From positions 221 through 64,220 of the forward strand of contig VGKQ01000002.1 of NCBI GenBank assembly GCA_016866995.1: a stretch of DNA of 64,000 nt, given 5' to 3'. The notes below the pieces were generated by a model that saw only the letters and a program-made list of their open reading frames with translations, was not told the DNA's origin and ran no database searches. Position numbers and translations under genes: made by a program. The DNA is from Candidatus Pacearchaeota archaeon (GTDB lineage Archaea; Nanobdellota; Nanobdellia; Pacearchaeales; GW2011-AR1). The number at the start of each line of letters is the position of its first letter. The first letter of the stretch is position 1. This document shows positions 18,500 through 27,070 of this stretch, in pieces.

Positions 18500-18988
18500 A
18501 TGTATAAGAAAGATAAACTTACTCTAAAAACAAAAATTTTGAGAGAGATATTTAATATCGCCCCAAAACAATTTAAAGAAATTGACTTGAACAATCATTT
18601 TTTAGCAAAAAAGTTCCATATTTCTGGAAATGAATTGAAAAACAATATAGATTTTCTTGTGGAAACGGGATTGATTCGTCGTTGGCCTGTTGGTAAGGGA
18701 GAAGAAAGAATCCTGGAGTTAATGATTACTGACAAGGGAGTTGATTTTTTAGAAAGAAAAGCGGGTGAAGAAAAACAAGAGAAGTTTAATGAGATTGTTG
18801 CTTTTACTGGAACATTAATTGCTTTAGTTACAATATATGGCTTTATTGTTAATGCAACTAACCTACAAAATTATCCTATAAATTATTGGATTGTGACGGT
18901 TATATTCTCAATTTTAGTTGTATCTTGTTTGGGTCCTTTATCAATGATTATAATTAATTTTTGGAAAAAATTTGTTGAGAGAAGATAA
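18500..18988 (+). CDS. wHTH protein with C-terminal TM helices
   Basis: NIDFLVETGLIRRW... followed by two TM segments. Confidence 0.55.
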   Translation: MYKKDKLTLKTKILREIFNIAPKQFKEIDLNNHFLAKKFHISGNELKNNIDFLVETGLIRRWPVGKGEERILELMITDKGVDFLERKAGEEKQEKFNEIVAFTGTLIALVTIYGFIVNATNLQNYPINYWIVTVIFSILVVSCLGPLSMIIINFWKKFVERR

Positions 18989-19038
18989 TTTGATAAAGTT
19001 CTAACTAAATCAATTATAAAAAATAATTGCGTTAAAAC

Positions 19039-19200
19039 TTATCTTGCTCCTAAATAAATTAGTATAATTCCCACTACCGAAATTCCTATCTTAGCAAAAA
19101 TTCCAATTGGTACAAACCAAGGACCTATTAAACAGACGACACCGGCTAATACGGCCATTGCTCTACCAGTAATACTGCTTGTATGAGTTACATTTGGCAT
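19039..19200 (-). CDS. small membrane protein (53 aa)
   Basis: MPNVTHTSSITGRAMAVLAGVVCLIGPWFVPIGIFAKIGISVVGIILIYLGAR. Below the track cutoff. Confidence 0.3.
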   Translation of the reverse strand: MPNVTHTSSITGRAMAVLAGVVCLIGPWFVPIGIFAKIGISVVGIILIYLGAR

Positions 19201-19517
19201 GTTAATTTCCTCCTTTTAGTTGTTCTTCTATTTTACCGGAGGCTGAGAATTCTTAACAGCGTTCCTCCGAACACCATTTTTCATAAGAAATTTATGTATT
19301 TCAAGTTTAAAAAAATTGTTGTGATAGAATGCAATTTCGCAATTTGTATAAGAAGCGAAGGTTTTTATTTTGTGTTCATAAAAATATAAAAAAATGAAGC
19401 AAAAAACAGATGCAGAAATTCTAAATGATATTGAGAGAAAAATAAAGAGAAGAAGGGCAACAGATAGAGAGATAAGATTATGGCAAGAGGCGAGAGTGGT
19501 TTTTAGATAGATTTTTG

Positions 19518-19535
19518 TGAGCAAAAATATATAAA
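19518..19535 (+). promoter_or_regulatory. BRE/TATA promoter TGAGCAAAAATATATAAA (copy 2 of 3)
   Basis: 25-nt match with 17099-17123. ATG 19557 lies downstream. Confidence 0.6.
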
Positions 19536-19556
19536 TAAAGTCTGATTCTTGGGAGA

Positions 19557-20123
19557 ATGGCGAGGGAGCATGATGCTAAATCCTATCTTTCTGAAAGTTT
19601 TTTAGGTAAATGTTTTGAAAATTCAAGTTGTTTTAAATTAATGATAGCAGATAAAGGACATCAGCTAGATGAAGAAGGATTAAGAGATTTTTTAGATGAA
19701 TTTGAAGATAAAGAGGATGTAATAAACCTACTTAAAGAATTGAATAAATCTAAATTACTTCTTCCAGATTTCATATTAAAAGATGATGAGGGAGTATTCT
19801 TTTCTGAAATAAAAACAAAATCTTCAGAAAATAAAGTAAAATTGTCCGATATACCTCAAAAATATGCAATCAAAAAACTTGCTGCTGAAGGTTTTGAGGT
19901 ATGGGTAATCATTGATAGAACGGATTGGGGTGAAAAATCTGAACAGGAAATAATAGAGATTTTAGAAGAGTCTGGAAAATTTGACAAAAAAGTATATCCA
20001 GAAGAAGACAAAGTGAATGTTAATATAAAAATGGATATTCTTAATGAGAGAAAAGTTGAAGATAATATCTATATGGCTGATGTCGAAATTACTGATGTGG
20101 AAAAACTGAGCAAAAATATATAA
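19557..20123 (+). CDS. PD-(D/E)XK nuclease-like protein (possible restriction endonuclease)
   Basis: LLLPDFILKDDEGVFFSEIKTK, a PD...(S)EIK core. Confidence 0.5.
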   Translation: MAREHDAKSYLSESFLGKCFENSSCFKLMIADKGHQLDEEGLRDFLDEFEDKEDVINLLKELNKSKLLLPDFILKDDEGVFFSEIKTKSSENKVKLSDIPQKYAIKKLAAEGFEVWVIIDRTDWGEKSEQEIIEILEESGKFDKKVYPEEDKVNVNIKMDILNERKVEDNIYMADVEITDVEKLSKNI

Positions 20124-20124
20124 A
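20107..20124 (+). promoter_or_regulatory. BRE/TATA promoter TGAGCAAAAATATATAAA (copy 3 of 3)
   Basis: Overlaps the stop codon of 19557..20123. ATG 20146 lies downstream. Confidence 0.55.
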
Positions 20125-20145
20125 CCAACCCTATATGGCTTTTTT

Positions 20146-21477
20146 ATGAAGAATTTTGAATTTGGAACAGGAATAATTGACAAAGTAATCAAAGAGATTA
20201 ATAAAGCTAAGAAGTATATAAGAATTGTAGTCTTTCAGATTCATAATAAAGAAATCATTAATAAACTGAAGGAAAAAGTAAAGATGGGTGTTTCTATTGA
20301 ATTAATCACTTTGCCTTATGAGAGCATTCAAGAAAATGTAAGAGCAGAAGTTACAAAAGAATTAAAAGAATTAGAGAAGGCTGGTGGAAAAATCTATTTA
20401 TGTAATTGGAATTTGGGAGATACGAGCCATACAAAAACTGTTCCAGGCCCTTGGCATAATTTACATTCAAAGTTTATGGTAACTGACAAATCTGCAATAG
20501 TTTTATCTGCGAACCTTATTGGAAATGATGATATTGATGCAATATTAATAAATGATGATAGAGCAGAGATTAAAGACTTCAATAAGAAATTTGAATCTGT
20601 AATGGAGGATTATATGCAAGATAAAATATTTAAAAAAATAAAAGAAAGTATAGAAAGTGAAGAGGATTACAGTGAGATAATTACTCCTCCGAAACATTTG
20701 TCTAGAAATCAAAAATCAATACTTCATTATCCTATAAAATTATGCCCAAATATGGAGGATATAGAAGAAAAACTATATGTTTTTCCATTGGATTGTAAAG
20801 GGAGAGATTTTGTTAAGAAGATTATTGAGGACTCTTCACAATTTGTTTACATATCCACAGAAAGATTTACTGATAAAGAATTATTTTATTTCTTACAGAA
20901 AGAGGGACTAAAAAATAAAGAAATAAAAATATTGACTAAATTTCAAAGCCAAGATTATCAATATGAGATAATCCAATTTGCGAAAAATTGCCTGACTACT
21001 GGAATAGAATTAAAAGATAATAAAATGGTGCATGCAAAACTGATAGTCACTGACAAATTAGTTGCTCTTGGTTCTATTAACTTAAATCAGATGAATTTAG
21101 GATTTGAACCTAAGAAAGGATTTTGGAGATCAAATACAGAAGTTATGCTAATTTGTAAAGATAAAGAAATTATTGATAAAGCAAAAAATCTATTTTTAGG
21201 AATTTTTAGTAATTCTGACAATGTTATTAAAAATCTTGTAAAAAAAGAGGTTGATAATTTTAAGAAAATTGCAAAAGAGGTTTTAAATATGCCTTTATAT
21301 AATAGTGGAGGATATTTAGCAGAAAAATTTTTGAGAGAGGAGATAGTAAACAGAAAGAAATATTTAGAAATTATTAAAGAAGCAGCAAAATTAGCGAAGG
21401 CAAAAAATCTTAAAAAAATAAAAGAAGAATTAATAAAAGAGGTTGAAGATAACTCAGAAAAACAAACAAAATTATGA
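20146..21477 (+). CDS. phospholipase D superfamily protein with two HKD motifs (nuclease/phosphodiesterase)
   Basis: HSKFMVTDKSAIVLSANL and HAKLIVTDKLVALGSINL. Confidence 0.85.
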   Translation: MKNFEFGTGIIDKVIKEINKAKKYIRIVVFQIHNKEIINKLKEKVKMGVSIELITLPYESIQENVRAEVTKELKELEKAGGKIYLCNWNLGDTSHTKTVPGPWHNLHSKFMVTDKSAIVLSANLIGNDDIDAILINDDRAEIKDFNKKFESVMEDYMQDKIFKKIKESIESEEDYSEIITPPKHLSRNQKSILHYPIKLCPNMEDIEEKLYVFPLDCKGRDFVKKIIEDSSQFVYISTERFTDKELFYFLQKEGLKNKEIKILTKFQSQDYQYEIIQFAKNCLTTGIELKDNKMVHAKLIVTDKLVALGSINLNQMNLGFEPKKGFWRSNTEVMLICKDKEIIDKAKNLFLGIFSNSDNVIKNLVKKEVDNFKKIAKEVLNMPLYNSGGYLAEKFLREEIVNRKKYLEIIKEAAKLAKAKNLKKIKEELIKEVEDNSEKQTKL

Positions 21478-22338
21478 AAATTCTTTTATATTTTTATCTG
21501 GAAATTCCTGCTTTAATCTTTCTTCAGTCATCTTAATATATTCTTTATTGATTTCAAATCCTAAAAAATTTCTATTTAATTTTTTAGCGGCAATTGCTGT
21601 CGTTCCTCCGCCCATAAAAGGATCGAGCACAACATCTCCCTCGTTAGTTAACCAATCTATAAAAAATTCTGGTAGTTGTGGATGAAATGGGGCGGGATGT
21701 TTTAATCCTCTTAAAGCACTTCCAGTATCAAATCTAAAGACAGTTGTGGGTTTTGCACCTTTTGGATGAGGTTTGCTGCTTCCTCTTTGGGATAATTTTG
21801 TTTCTCCATTAGGCAAGATTATGTCATTTCCATGAACTTTATTTTTAAATCGCTTTAAAGAGACTTCCTTGTATGGAACTCTAATTCTATCTGTAAATGT
21901 TTTAAATTTCTTGGAATCTTTTACAAAATGAAAAATATATTCTATTCTATCATTTAATCTCTTATCTCCTGTCATGGGGAGAGCTGATTTTTTAAACCAT
22001 ATATACCTATCAAATAGTTTTAGTCCTGTTTCTTTTGTTATTCTATAAACTAATTCAAAAACATAAGTGCTTCTCTCTCCATTATTTGATTTATCATTAA
22101 TATTTAAGATAAAGCTTCCTGAATCTTTTAGAAATCTCTTAGCTTCTTCAAATAATGTTAAAAACCACTCTACATATTGTTCAGGAGTTAAAATTTTTAC
22201 TTCATTTCCGTAACTTACTGTATCTGCATAAGGCGGGGAGGTAACAATCAAATCTACTGAATTATCTGGCAATTCCTTTGCTAATTTCATTGTATCTCCT
22301 AAATGAGTTTTATTTAACTCAAATTTTCCTATTTTCAT
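21472..22338 (-). CDS. beta-class N6-adenine or N4-cytosine DNA methyltransferase
   Basis: Motif IV LIVTSPPYAD precedes motif I VLDPFMGGGTTAIAA. Confidence 0.9.
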   Translation of the reverse strand: MKIGKFELNKTHLGDTMKLAKELPDNSVDLIVTSPPYADTVSYGNEVKILTPEQYVEWFLTLFEEAKRFLKDSGSFILNINDKSNNGERSTYVFELVYRITKETGLKLFDRYIWFKKSALPMTGDKRLNDRIEYIFHFVKDSKKFKTFTDRIRVPYKEVSLKRFKNKVHGNDIILPNGETKLSQRGSSKPHPKGAKPTTVFRFDTGSALRGLKHPAPFHPQLPEFFIDWLTNEGDVVLDPFMGGGTTAIAAKKLNRNFLGFEINKEYIKMTEERLKQEFPDKNIKEFS

Positions 22339-22801
22339 CTTTTTTCATCTCCTCCTTTAATCTCCTAGATTTTAGTATGCTGTTTAGGTTTTTTAAAAAT
22401 TGTTGTGATGCATCTAATGGTATAAAAATGCTGCCTTTCATTATCCATTTATCTCCTTCTTTTATTTTCTGCTGCAATAATAACGACTTTCCGTAATTAT
22501 TCTCAACTAAATCAATGTAAAATCTTTTCTTGCCAACATCAAAATAGTTGAAATCTAAATGATGATATCTATGATTTGGATAGTATATTCTAGCGCTTCC
22601 TACTTGTTTCATATAAATATTATTCTCAAATAATAAAACTTGAAGATGCTTTTCTACTGCTTTCCTAGAAATCCCTGTTTGCTGTTCTATATCTTGGGTT
22701 GTCAAACCTCGAGGGTGAGCTTTGAGATGAGTATGTATTTTTTCATGAGTTTCACTCTCTCTATTAAATGGCGAACCATTTATCTCTCCCTCTTTTTTCA
22801 T
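22319..22801 (-). CDS. wHTH protein upstream of and overlapping the methyltransferase (controller or specificity-like)
   Basis: GLTTQDIEQQTGISRKAVEKHLQVL. 20-nt overlap with the MTase gene. Confidence 0.6.
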   Translation of the reverse strand: MKKEGEINGSPFNRESETHEKIHTHLKAHPRGLTTQDIEQQTGISRKAVEKHLQVLLFENNIYMKQVGSARIYYPNHRYHHLDFNYFDVGKKRFYIDLVENNYGKSLLLQQKIKEGDKWIMKGSIFIPLDASQQFLKNLNSILKSRRLKEEMKKDENRKI

Positions 22802-22930
22802 GTTTTATCTAGTAAAACATGGTATTTAAACTTGTGTTGTAACTTCCAAGTGCTTAGTACCAAGCAATAGGTTTAAATAGATAAATGCATTTTACAAAAT
22901 AGCTTTTTCAAGTGAAAAAGCAGGTGAAAT

Positions 22931-23092
22931 ATGTATCAATATTTATTAACATTGCCACAAAAATTAATGACTATGTTGTTTAGATATTGGTATGTTGTTT
23001 TGGTTTTGTTAATTTTAGGATTTGGCATTCCACAAATAATATATTATTTGCCTACAATAATTAAATATGGAAAATTTTTTGGATTAATATAA
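22931..23092 (+). CDS. tiny membrane protein (53 aa), first gene of the 4-gene operon
   Basis: MYQYLLTLPQKLMTMLFRYWYVVLVLLILGFGIPQIIYYLPTIIKYGKFFGLI. The stop lies 1 nt before the ATG at 23094. Below the track cutoff. Confidence 0.4.
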   Translation: MYQYLLTLPQKLMTMLFRYWYVVLVLLILGFGIPQIIYYLPTIIKYGKFFGLI

Positions 23093-23093
23093 A

Positions 23094-23381
23094 ATGGGCT
23101 TAGCTGAATTTTTTATTTTTTTAGTAATCTTTGGGATTGTAGGCTATGCTATAAATAAAATCTGGGATTTTAATCCATATGAATACTGGGAAAAGTTTGG
23201 GGTTATAAGTATTATTATCTCGTTAGTTATTGCTTATCTTCCAACAATTTTCAATCCTCAGGATGTTGTTAATAATGTTGATAGGATAATGAATTGGTTT
23301 GTTGCGATTTTGCCCGGCACGATCATAGGAGATTTGGCAGGGCAAATTATCTCAAAAATTACCGGGGGAGGTAGAAGATGA
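23094..23381 (+). CDS. small membrane protein (3 TM)
   Basis: 95 aa. 4-nt overlap with the next gene. Confidence 0.55.
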   Translation: MGLAEFFIFLVIFGIVGYAINKIWDFNPYEYWEKFGVISIIISLVIAYLPTIFNPQDVVNNVDRIMNWFVAILPGTIIGDLAGQIISKITGGGRR

Positions 23382-24673
23382 TATTTATGGGTGCTACATA
23401 CCAGAGCGATTCCCCTTACTTTGAAGATAAATTAATTAAAGCAAGAAATAAACTAAAAGAGTTTCCTACAATAGCAAGCGTGGTCGATAATTTTAATTTG
23501 GCAAATAGAGAGAACCATACAGAGAATATTATATTAAATTTATTGAGTGCAGCAGTTTCAGATGCTTTTTTAGAAAATAAACCAAATGAACGATGTAATC
23601 AAACACTAAAACTAATTGAGCTCTCCTTGAAAGAATTATTGGATAAATTGTCAAGAAGTAAGAAAAATAATCTTATTGTTAAATTAAAATCATTTGGAGA
23701 TAGTCATCGTGATACAATAAATGAAATTGATTTTTTGATAGAATTGAAACAAAATTCTAATGTATCTGACATCGAATATGAAAATGAAACTTTGGGAAAC
23801 CATGATTTCAATGTTTATATTGGTGGAGAAGAATTTAACATAGAACAAACTTGTTTGGGAAGAGGGAAAATACAAAAGATGGTAGAGCGGGCTTTTAATA
23901 TCGCTTCAAAAGAAATTATAGAAAGAATCCCAAAAAGGATATTCCTAAAGATAGATGTAGACACGGATAGAATTTTGAAAGAAAGGGATAATAGTTTTCA
24001 TGAAATAAAAACACTTTTGATGAAAGACTATGATAATTTAGAAAAAATGTTATTGATAGATTTAAATGGTGGTTGTAGAATTGATAATAATCTGGGATCT
24101 TCCAATCAATCTTTATACGAAATAAAAGATTTATATGATGATTATGATGAATTTGGTCAAAGACTTAAAAAATTATTAGATAGCCGTGAAGGCGTTGATT
24201 ACTTAAAGAGTAAGAAAGTTTTTGAATTAACAAAATGTTCTATAACTCATTTCATTATCGGACCAGGCAAATTTGGCAGTGTCAGTATTCACTCACAATG
24301 TATATGGCCTTCAAGAGCAGAATCATTAAGAAAAGGCTCATTAATAAATCAATTAAAGAGAAAGATAAAAGAAAAAATTGAGGGGAGACAATTAGAGGGA
24401 AAGACAAATCCTATTATCGCTGTTAGATTTGAAGATTTTATATTTATGAATTATAGTTCGGAAGATGATGTTTGGTGGGAAGAGAATTTTAACGAGCTAA
24501 AGAACATTATTGAGGGTGTTTTTAGAGATATCAATAACAAAGAGATTTTAGGGGTCTTGTTGTATGAGAACACAATTAAAAAATCAAGATTTGTAAAAAA
24601 TCCAAATATCAAAGTTAGAGAGAATATAATAGATAAAATTGGCTTATTAAAAAATGAATCAACAACAACTTAA
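23378..24673 (+). CDS. uncharacterised 431-aa protein with a weak Pol-beta NTase-like signature
   Basis: KSFGDSHRDTINEIDFLIEL (G[DS]-x-ExD spacing as in hG[GS]x9-13[DE]h[DE]h), followed by HDFNVYIGGEEFNIEQ. The assignment is speculative. Confidence 0.6.
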   Translation: MIFMGATYQSDSPYFEDKLIKARNKLKEFPTIASVVDNFNLANRENHTENIILNLLSAAVSDAFLENKPNERCNQTLKLIELSLKELLDKLSRSKKNNLIVKLKSFGDSHRDTINEIDFLIELKQNSNVSDIEYENETLGNHDFNVYIGGEEFNIEQTCLGRGKIQKMVERAFNIASKEIIERIPKRIFLKIDVDTDRILKERDNSFHEIKTLLMKDYDNLEKMLLIDLNGGCRIDNNLGSSNQSLYEIKDLYDDYDEFGQRLKKLLDSREGVDYLKSKKVFELTKCSITHFIIGPGKFGSVSIHSQCIWPSRAESLRKGSLINQLKRKIKEKIEGRQLEGKTNPIIAVRFEDFIFMNYSSEDDVWWEENFNELKNIIEGVFRDINNKEILGVLLYENTIKKSRFVKNPNIKVRENIIDKIGLLKNESTTT

Positions 24674-25613
24674 AGAAAATGCTGAACAGATTAAGATATG
24701 TAAGAAGTGGCTAGGCACTGCTAAGTCAGATTTTGAGGCTGCAAAAAATCTTTACGAACATGAAAATTATCCTCAATCAGTCTTTAGCTTACAACAATCT
24801 ATTGAAAAAACCATAAAAGCATATGGTATTTTTATGGGTGTAAAGGAAAGTGATTTAAAAAATAAATTTAGACATGATACTTTAAAAATTTATGAGCATC
24901 ATTTAACTGGGTTTTTAGAAAAATCAAAGAGTTTTAGCGAGACACTAAAGGCACATCCTGAACTTAAGAGTATTCCAATGCTAAACGAGTTAGATTATGA
25001 TGATTTAGCAATAGAGATGAGTGATGCAAAAGATGAATTTCAGAACATAAAATCTAGTGCGGAGGATATGACAAAAACTACCCGAAAGATTGAAAGTTGC
25101 ATTAACAAAGCAATTAAGCTTTTCGAAAATGAAAAGATTTCTATTAAAGGATTATCCAAAATTAAACTGTCTGACAGGCAATTTAATGAAATAAAAAGAT
25201 TTATGTTCGAAAACCTTAATGAAATTTCTAAGCTAAAAAAACAAGAACTTCCAGAATTGAAAGAGATCGAGAAATTAACTCCGAGCTACTTTCAAAGGCT
25301 TTTTAGTGAGACCTTTAGCTATTTAATCAGGGCATTGTCGGTTTATAGTGCATTGCTTTACTTGAATCTTATTGTTTATAATAAAGTTTCTTCCACAAGA
25401 TATCCTGAGAACAAAACCCCTCAACAGATATATAACATCAATTCTCCAATTATCAAGAGATTTAGGGATATCCAGAAGATTCATCAAGATTGCTTCTTGA
25501 AAATTGAAGATATTCTTAATGAACAAGAAAAATTAACTAAAAAATATCAAAATGAAACAACCAATCCAACAAACTCACAAGCTCGCCCTCCTACTAAGTC
25601 GGGCTCGCTGTGA
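24654..25613 (+). CDS. long HEPN-domain protein with a large insertion
   Basis: N-terminal WLGTAKSDFEAAKNLYEHENYPQSVFSLQQSIEKTIKAYG, FRHD, and a distal STRYPE. 20-nt overlap with the upstream gene. Confidence 0.6.
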   Translation: MNQQQLKENAEQIKICKKWLGTAKSDFEAAKNLYEHENYPQSVFSLQQSIEKTIKAYGIFMGVKESDLKNKFRHDTLKIYEHHLTGFLEKSKSFSETLKAHPELKSIPMLNELDYDDLAIEMSDAKDEFQNIKSSAEDMTKTTRKIESCINKAIKLFENEKISIKGLSKIKLSDRQFNEIKRFMFENLNEISKLKKQELPELKEIEKLTPSYFQRLFSETFSYLIRALSVYSALLYLNLIVYNKVSSTRYPENKTPQQIYNINSPIIKRFRDIQKIHQDCFLKIEDILNEQEKLTKKYQNETTNPTNSQARPPTKSGSL

Positions 25614-25626
25614 TGCCGGGCTCGCT
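25581..25626 (-). repeat. GC-rich boundary motif (inverted orientation), GCGAGCCCG ×2 plus GGAGGGCGAGC
   Basis: gctcgccctcctactaagtcgggctcgct...gggctcgct. About 30 nt are shared with 27322..27349. Confidence 0.75.
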
Positions 25627-25629
25627 AAA

Positions 25630-25995
25630 TTACTTAATCCTCCTATCAGGATATATGTATCTGGAGTATTTTTCTTTTGCAAGATCATCCCTAAGTGAAA
25701 TATATCCTCTTGGACTCTGTCTACCATCACCATCTCTTATAAGCGCAAATCCTCCATAATCTAAAGTTAATTCTCCTGCTGTTTCTAAAGAGCTAGGAAC
25801 AACTCCTCTTAAAACAAGAAAAAATCTAAAACGTTTACCTTGTTTTCTTTCATGAAAAGTGTCATACCACCAAGGAGAAGAAGATAGTGCCATCCCAGTT
25901 AACTCACATATCTTTGCATCATCTTCTGGCTTTTCACAAACAATGCAAATTTCTCTGTGCTCTCTTCTATCAGCTCCCCTATACTCCTTAGACAT
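25630..25995 (-). CDS. hypothetical protein
   Basis: 121-aa ORF with R/G/W/H-rich composition unlike host genes. Confidence 0.55.
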   Translation of the reverse strand: MSKEYRGADRREHREICIVCEKPEDDAKICELTGMALSSSPWWYDTFHERKQGKRFRFFLVLRGVVPSSLETAGELTLDYGGFALIRDGDGRQSPRGYISLRDDLAKEKYSRYIYPDRRIK

Positions 25996-26226
25996 AAAAG
26001 TTTTTTGAATAACTAGTTTTTAATAATTATTGTTCTGAGATATATGCAATGAGATAAGCTGGAAAAATCTATAAAGCAATAAGATTTAATTATGGTGAGA
26101 GATAAGGATGAATTGATAGAGGGATAGATTTATAAACATCATATTATAATATATTATAATGTCAGAAAAGTAAACTACCCCCTCAGGGTGTAGATAGTTG
26201 TGAACAACTATCCTTTTCTGAACCAA

Positions 26227-26278
26227 AGAAAATCTTATAAGGATTTTCTGGGCCCCAAAATTCCATAAAAGAATTTTG
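26227..26278 (+). repeat. double-hairpin miniature element (copy A)
   Basis: AGAAAATC-ttataag-GATTTTCT ggg cccc CAAAATTC-cataaaa-GAATTTTG. Homologous to 53660..53713. Confidence 0.75.
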
Positions 26279-26320
26279 CGGCATCCAAAAGTTCAAAACA
26301 AAACACAAAAACTTTTTGAT

Positions 26321-27070
26321 ATGGAAACTATAGTGAAACAGGCGAGGGAAGTGGGAACATCTGCAGGAGTTCTTCTTCCCAGAAAATGGCTGAACAAGCA
26401 GGTAGTTGTGACTCTTTTTAATCCCTCAGGAGAAAAAATTCTTCAGGACATTATTCCGTGCTTGTTTAAGCATAATTTAAATGAAGACATCAGGGGAATT
26501 TATTTGTTCGGCAGCTATGCAAGAGGGGATTTTGATTTTAACAGCGACATAGATATTCTGATTCTAACTGAAAAAACAGACAAGCTGATTAATTGCAATA
26601 ATTACGAAATTCTCATGGTTTCAGAAGACTCTTTTTCAAAAAACCTGCCAAATAATCTTAATTATTTAAGCCTTTTAAAAGAAATAAAGATAATTTTTAA
26701 TAAGGAATTAATTGAAAAATACAGAAATAAAAAATATAAATTTAATGTTAAGAAATATCTGCCTGAAATTGAGAGAATTGCTGGAATAAACAGAGATACA
26801 GTAAAAACCTGCCAGGAGAATAATATGAATGTTCCTGACGGCATTGTTTATTCAATTGTTTTAAGATTAAGAGAATTATACATGATAAAATGCCTTGTTT
26901 CCGGCAAAAACTACTATAAAAAAGATTTCCTGAAACTGATTGAAGAAAAAATTTATTCAGCTTATCTCAGAATAAAAAGAAATGAAAAAGAATTAAACAA
27001 TCTTTCTCCAGATGAGTTGCTGAAAATACTGGAATTATCTGAAAAATGGCTAAAAGAGCTAAAAGAATAG
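26321..27070 (+). CDS. AbrB/SpoVT-like domain fused to an MNT-type nucleotidyltransferase
   Basis: METIVKQAREVGTSAGVLLPRKWL... and LFGSYARGDFDFNSDIDILIL. Start trimmed to the ATG at 26321. Confidence 0.75.
   Translation: METIVKQAREVGTSAGVLLPRKWLNKQVVVTLFNPSGEKILQDIIPCLFKHNLNEDIRGIYLFGSYARGDFDFNSDIDILILTEKTDKLINCNNYEILMVSEDSFSKNLPNNLNYLSLLKEIKIIFNKELIEKYRNKKYKFNVKKYLPEIERIAGINRDTVKTCQENNMNVPDGIVYSIVLRLRELYMIKCLVSGKNYYKKDFLKLIEEKIYSAYLRIKRNEKELNNLSPDELLKILELSEKWLKELKE

Noticed and set aside
19183-19524. Track ORFs 19183..19389 (+) and 19228..19524 (-), and a 38-codon ORF at 19394..19510 (MKQKTDAEILNDIERKIKRRRATDREIRLWQEARVVFR).
   Set aside because: The two track ORFs are low-complexity and mutually overlapping in a spacer. 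The 38-aa ORF is possible, but it is too short and unsupported to annotate. It is mentioned only because its end carries a copy of the GAGGCGAG motif.
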